This document shows, piece after piece, positions 61,830 to 64,000 of a stretch of DNA of 64,000 nt. Made by a program: the position numbers and the translations under genes. Under the pieces are notes generated by a model. It searched no databases, was not told the DNA's origin, and saw nothing but the letters and a program-made list of their open reading frames with translations. The stretch comes from Trichoplax adhaerens (taxonomy: Eukaryota > Animalia > Placozoa), in assembly GCF_000150275.1 (NCBI RefSeq), contig NW_002060946.1, positions 4,359,454-4,423,453 on the forward strand, written 5' to 3'. Position 1 is the first letter of the stretch. Each line of letters opens with the position of its first letter.

Positions 61830-61950
61830 GTACAGTACAGTACAGAATTAAAAAGACCAAGGTGGTGTACAGTACAGTACAGTACTGTACTGTACTGTAG
61901 TCACCACAAACACACTGTACTGTACAGTACAATGTACTGTACACCACAGT
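61830..61950. repeat. (CAGTA/TACTG)n palindromic tract upstream of the PARP2-like gene
   Basis: TACAGTACAGTACAGTACTGTACTGTACTGTA, enclosed by a perfect 15-bp inverted repeat (61862-61876 / 61933-61947). Confidence 0.85.
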
Positions 61951-62121
61951 AGTAAAGGCCTTCATGGTACTGTATGTTCCGGCATGGACCAGGGTCTCCT
62001 GTTAACAACGGGCTGTAAGACGATATGGCGGATATGCAAGTAGTACACATGACGTCATAGACTACGACAGACGGAACGAGACGTAGGACAAAACCGCGTA
62101 ACTTTGCTAAGGTGTACAATT

Positions 62122-62160
62122 GGCTCCTTAGCAACAACACTGCTGTGTCACGTTAGCAAC
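62122..62160. promoter_or_regulatory. Two RFX X-box-like motifs
   Basis: GGCTCCTTAGCAAC 62122-62135 and GTCACGTTAGCAAC 62147-62160, each with a strong GTTGCTAA half-site on the minus strand. A CRE TGACGTCA lies at about 62050. Confidence 0.45.
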
Positions 62161-63951
62161 GGTATCATGTTTGTCGTCGGGGTAAGACCCCAAGTGCTGT
62201 TATGGCCATCACTAATCCAGTCTATTCACACATTACTCTTTCATGATTGAGTAGCTTAACGTACATCGCAGACAAACCTGAGTTTATTGCTACGATTGAC
62301 GTCGTTAAAAATATAATAATAATAATTAGCAATTATAATGTTCAAAATCAAGGTACAAATCCTAATAACAACTGTCTTTGCTTTATCATGAGCATCCTAA
62401 AGAACTTACAATGATATAGTTAGTGGTTAGCCTTATCATGAAATAATTATCATTGATCGAATTTCCATATCGCTGAATATTGTGGTTCAAGTTGAGCACA
62501 AACTGTCTGCATCGTGAGACAATCATTTCATCAATAATTAATCTATAGGTAAGAATGATGAAACAGCACTATCACTCTTCGTTTTTCAAGTTTTCATCAG
62601 TAAACGTCATTTCTTTTTTAAATAGAAGTATTAGTATATCCTCTTTCTAGATATTATTCTTGACAGCAGCATCTTTGCTGTATTTCTAACTATTTCAGAA
62701 TAATTTATTCACTAGCGAGTATATAGTCATACACTGATTTTAAAAATCAAATATAGTAAATCTCAATGCATGATACTAGAGTAAAAAAAAATAAGAAAAA
62801 TGATATCATTTTTCTAGCTCAGTAGAAATGATAATACATCAAATACGTAATAAAACCTATTTAGCTGCAATACTTAAAGAGTTAGTATTTTAATAAATAA
62901 AACTTCTACAGCAGATAGTAGAAATATAAGTTATGACGATCATCCTGGAAATTAAATGTATATTGCGTTATTTCATCGTCGATACAACAATATCATAACA
63001 TCTAGAAATTGATAATAGTTAAATTAAATGAAAAGATTAAGTAACACAGCAACAGAATGACTTCTGTCTTTAAAAATTGACAAGGAACGATACTAAATAC
63101 AAAAACTTCATGTACGAAAGTTAACAGGTTAAAATATTATCATGTATATTTTATAGAGGATAACAGAATAGTTTATTTCAATAGAACCAATCGCATCAAT
63201 TAAAACATTTTCTACGATACTCTTTCTTTATCCAGTACCACCAATTATAACATTACGTTTAACATAGAAGAGCCACATTAGTGGCTGGTAAATTAATGCA
63301 TATTCGAATTCGAATAAAAAAACTGAAATAATTCTACAGTGATTAACTAAATTGTTGATTGCCTATTGCTGGCATTGTTTCCATATTTTAGCAGTAATAT
63401 AGAATAACTATATTATAACTCATAATACAGTATACCATAATTAAATTAGCAATGTATATAATAACGGTATTATAAAATCACTAAATAGATACAATATTCT
63501 CATGCTTTTCGATTTTACTGCAATCAAGAAATGTTTTTCATCTTATTTACTTTAATTAATAGATAGACAACAAGACAAACAAGTCCACGACGACCTTGAT
63601 TTATCTTTCAATTATGACCAAGCAATTTTAACTTTGCTTTATTTTTATCGACGATTATTGTCTGACTTCCGATACCCGTCATCAAAAATTTTTTATAAAT
63701 TTTATAAAGTACTTTACTAATTACCGTAAAGTAATCGCAGTGAATTTATACAGCATCACCAATTACTAAAAGCGGCGTACAATTGGTATTTTTTGTACGA
63801 TTGATACTTATAAATTACTTTCAACGATGACAGTTTCATCGTTGCTGGCACGGTTACTTTATTAATTATATTTCATTAATGACTAATGAAAAGCATTAAT
63901 TAGAAAAACAACTAACGTATAGACAGTAAATTAGTAGAGACTACATTCATC

Positions 63952-64000
63952 ATGGAAGAATTAAATGATGCTGGCTTGGATCATATCCATCAAGCTACTA
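63952..64000 (+). CDS. Possible start of a gene truncated by the window edge (ankyrin-like?)
   Basis: ATCATGG context, open frame MEELNDAGLDHIHQAT, which weakly resembles an ankyrin GxxxxHxA start. It is too short to confirm. Confidence 0.25.
   Translation, partial: MEELNDAGLDHIHQAT

Noticed and set aside
61620-62230. RNase P RNA gene head-to-head with PARP2, as in human RPPH1/PARP2
   Set aside because: ACTAATCCAGTCTA (about 62211) resembles conserved region V, but I found no GGAA-led CR-I strand able to form helix P4 upstream. An Infernal search would settle it.

Overview
This is an AT-rich, intron-containing animal genomic window. Its short GT-AG introns and dense gene packing best fit a compact non-bilaterian such as a placozoan, but the taxon is an inference. 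Manual exon splicing supports 11 protein-coding genes in strictly alternating orientation: MED10(-), PPP1R16/MYPT3-like(+), OSGEP(-), TMPPE-like(+), TONSL(-), PSMG4(+), ATP5F1E(-), an intronless secreted 207-aa protein(+), JARID2(-), MTG2(+) and a WWE-bearing PARP2-like gene(-). A twelfth gene may start at the right edge. The top finding is the 207-aa orphan, which has the helix register, cysteine placement and a near-signature of an IL-6/G-CSF-family four-helix cytokine. It lies behind a cluster of kB, IRF-like, CRE, GAS and C/EBP-ATF motifs. Also notable: JARID2 keeps the N-terminal UIM and the PRC2-activating AQRK[F/Y] lysine, the TMPPE-like protein looks catalytically dead, and palindromic (CAGTA/TACTG)n tracts mark five of six divergent promoters. 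Smaller items include a probable non-autonomous Helitron and several tandem arrays and hairpins. All homology calls come from recalled reference sequences, not database searches.
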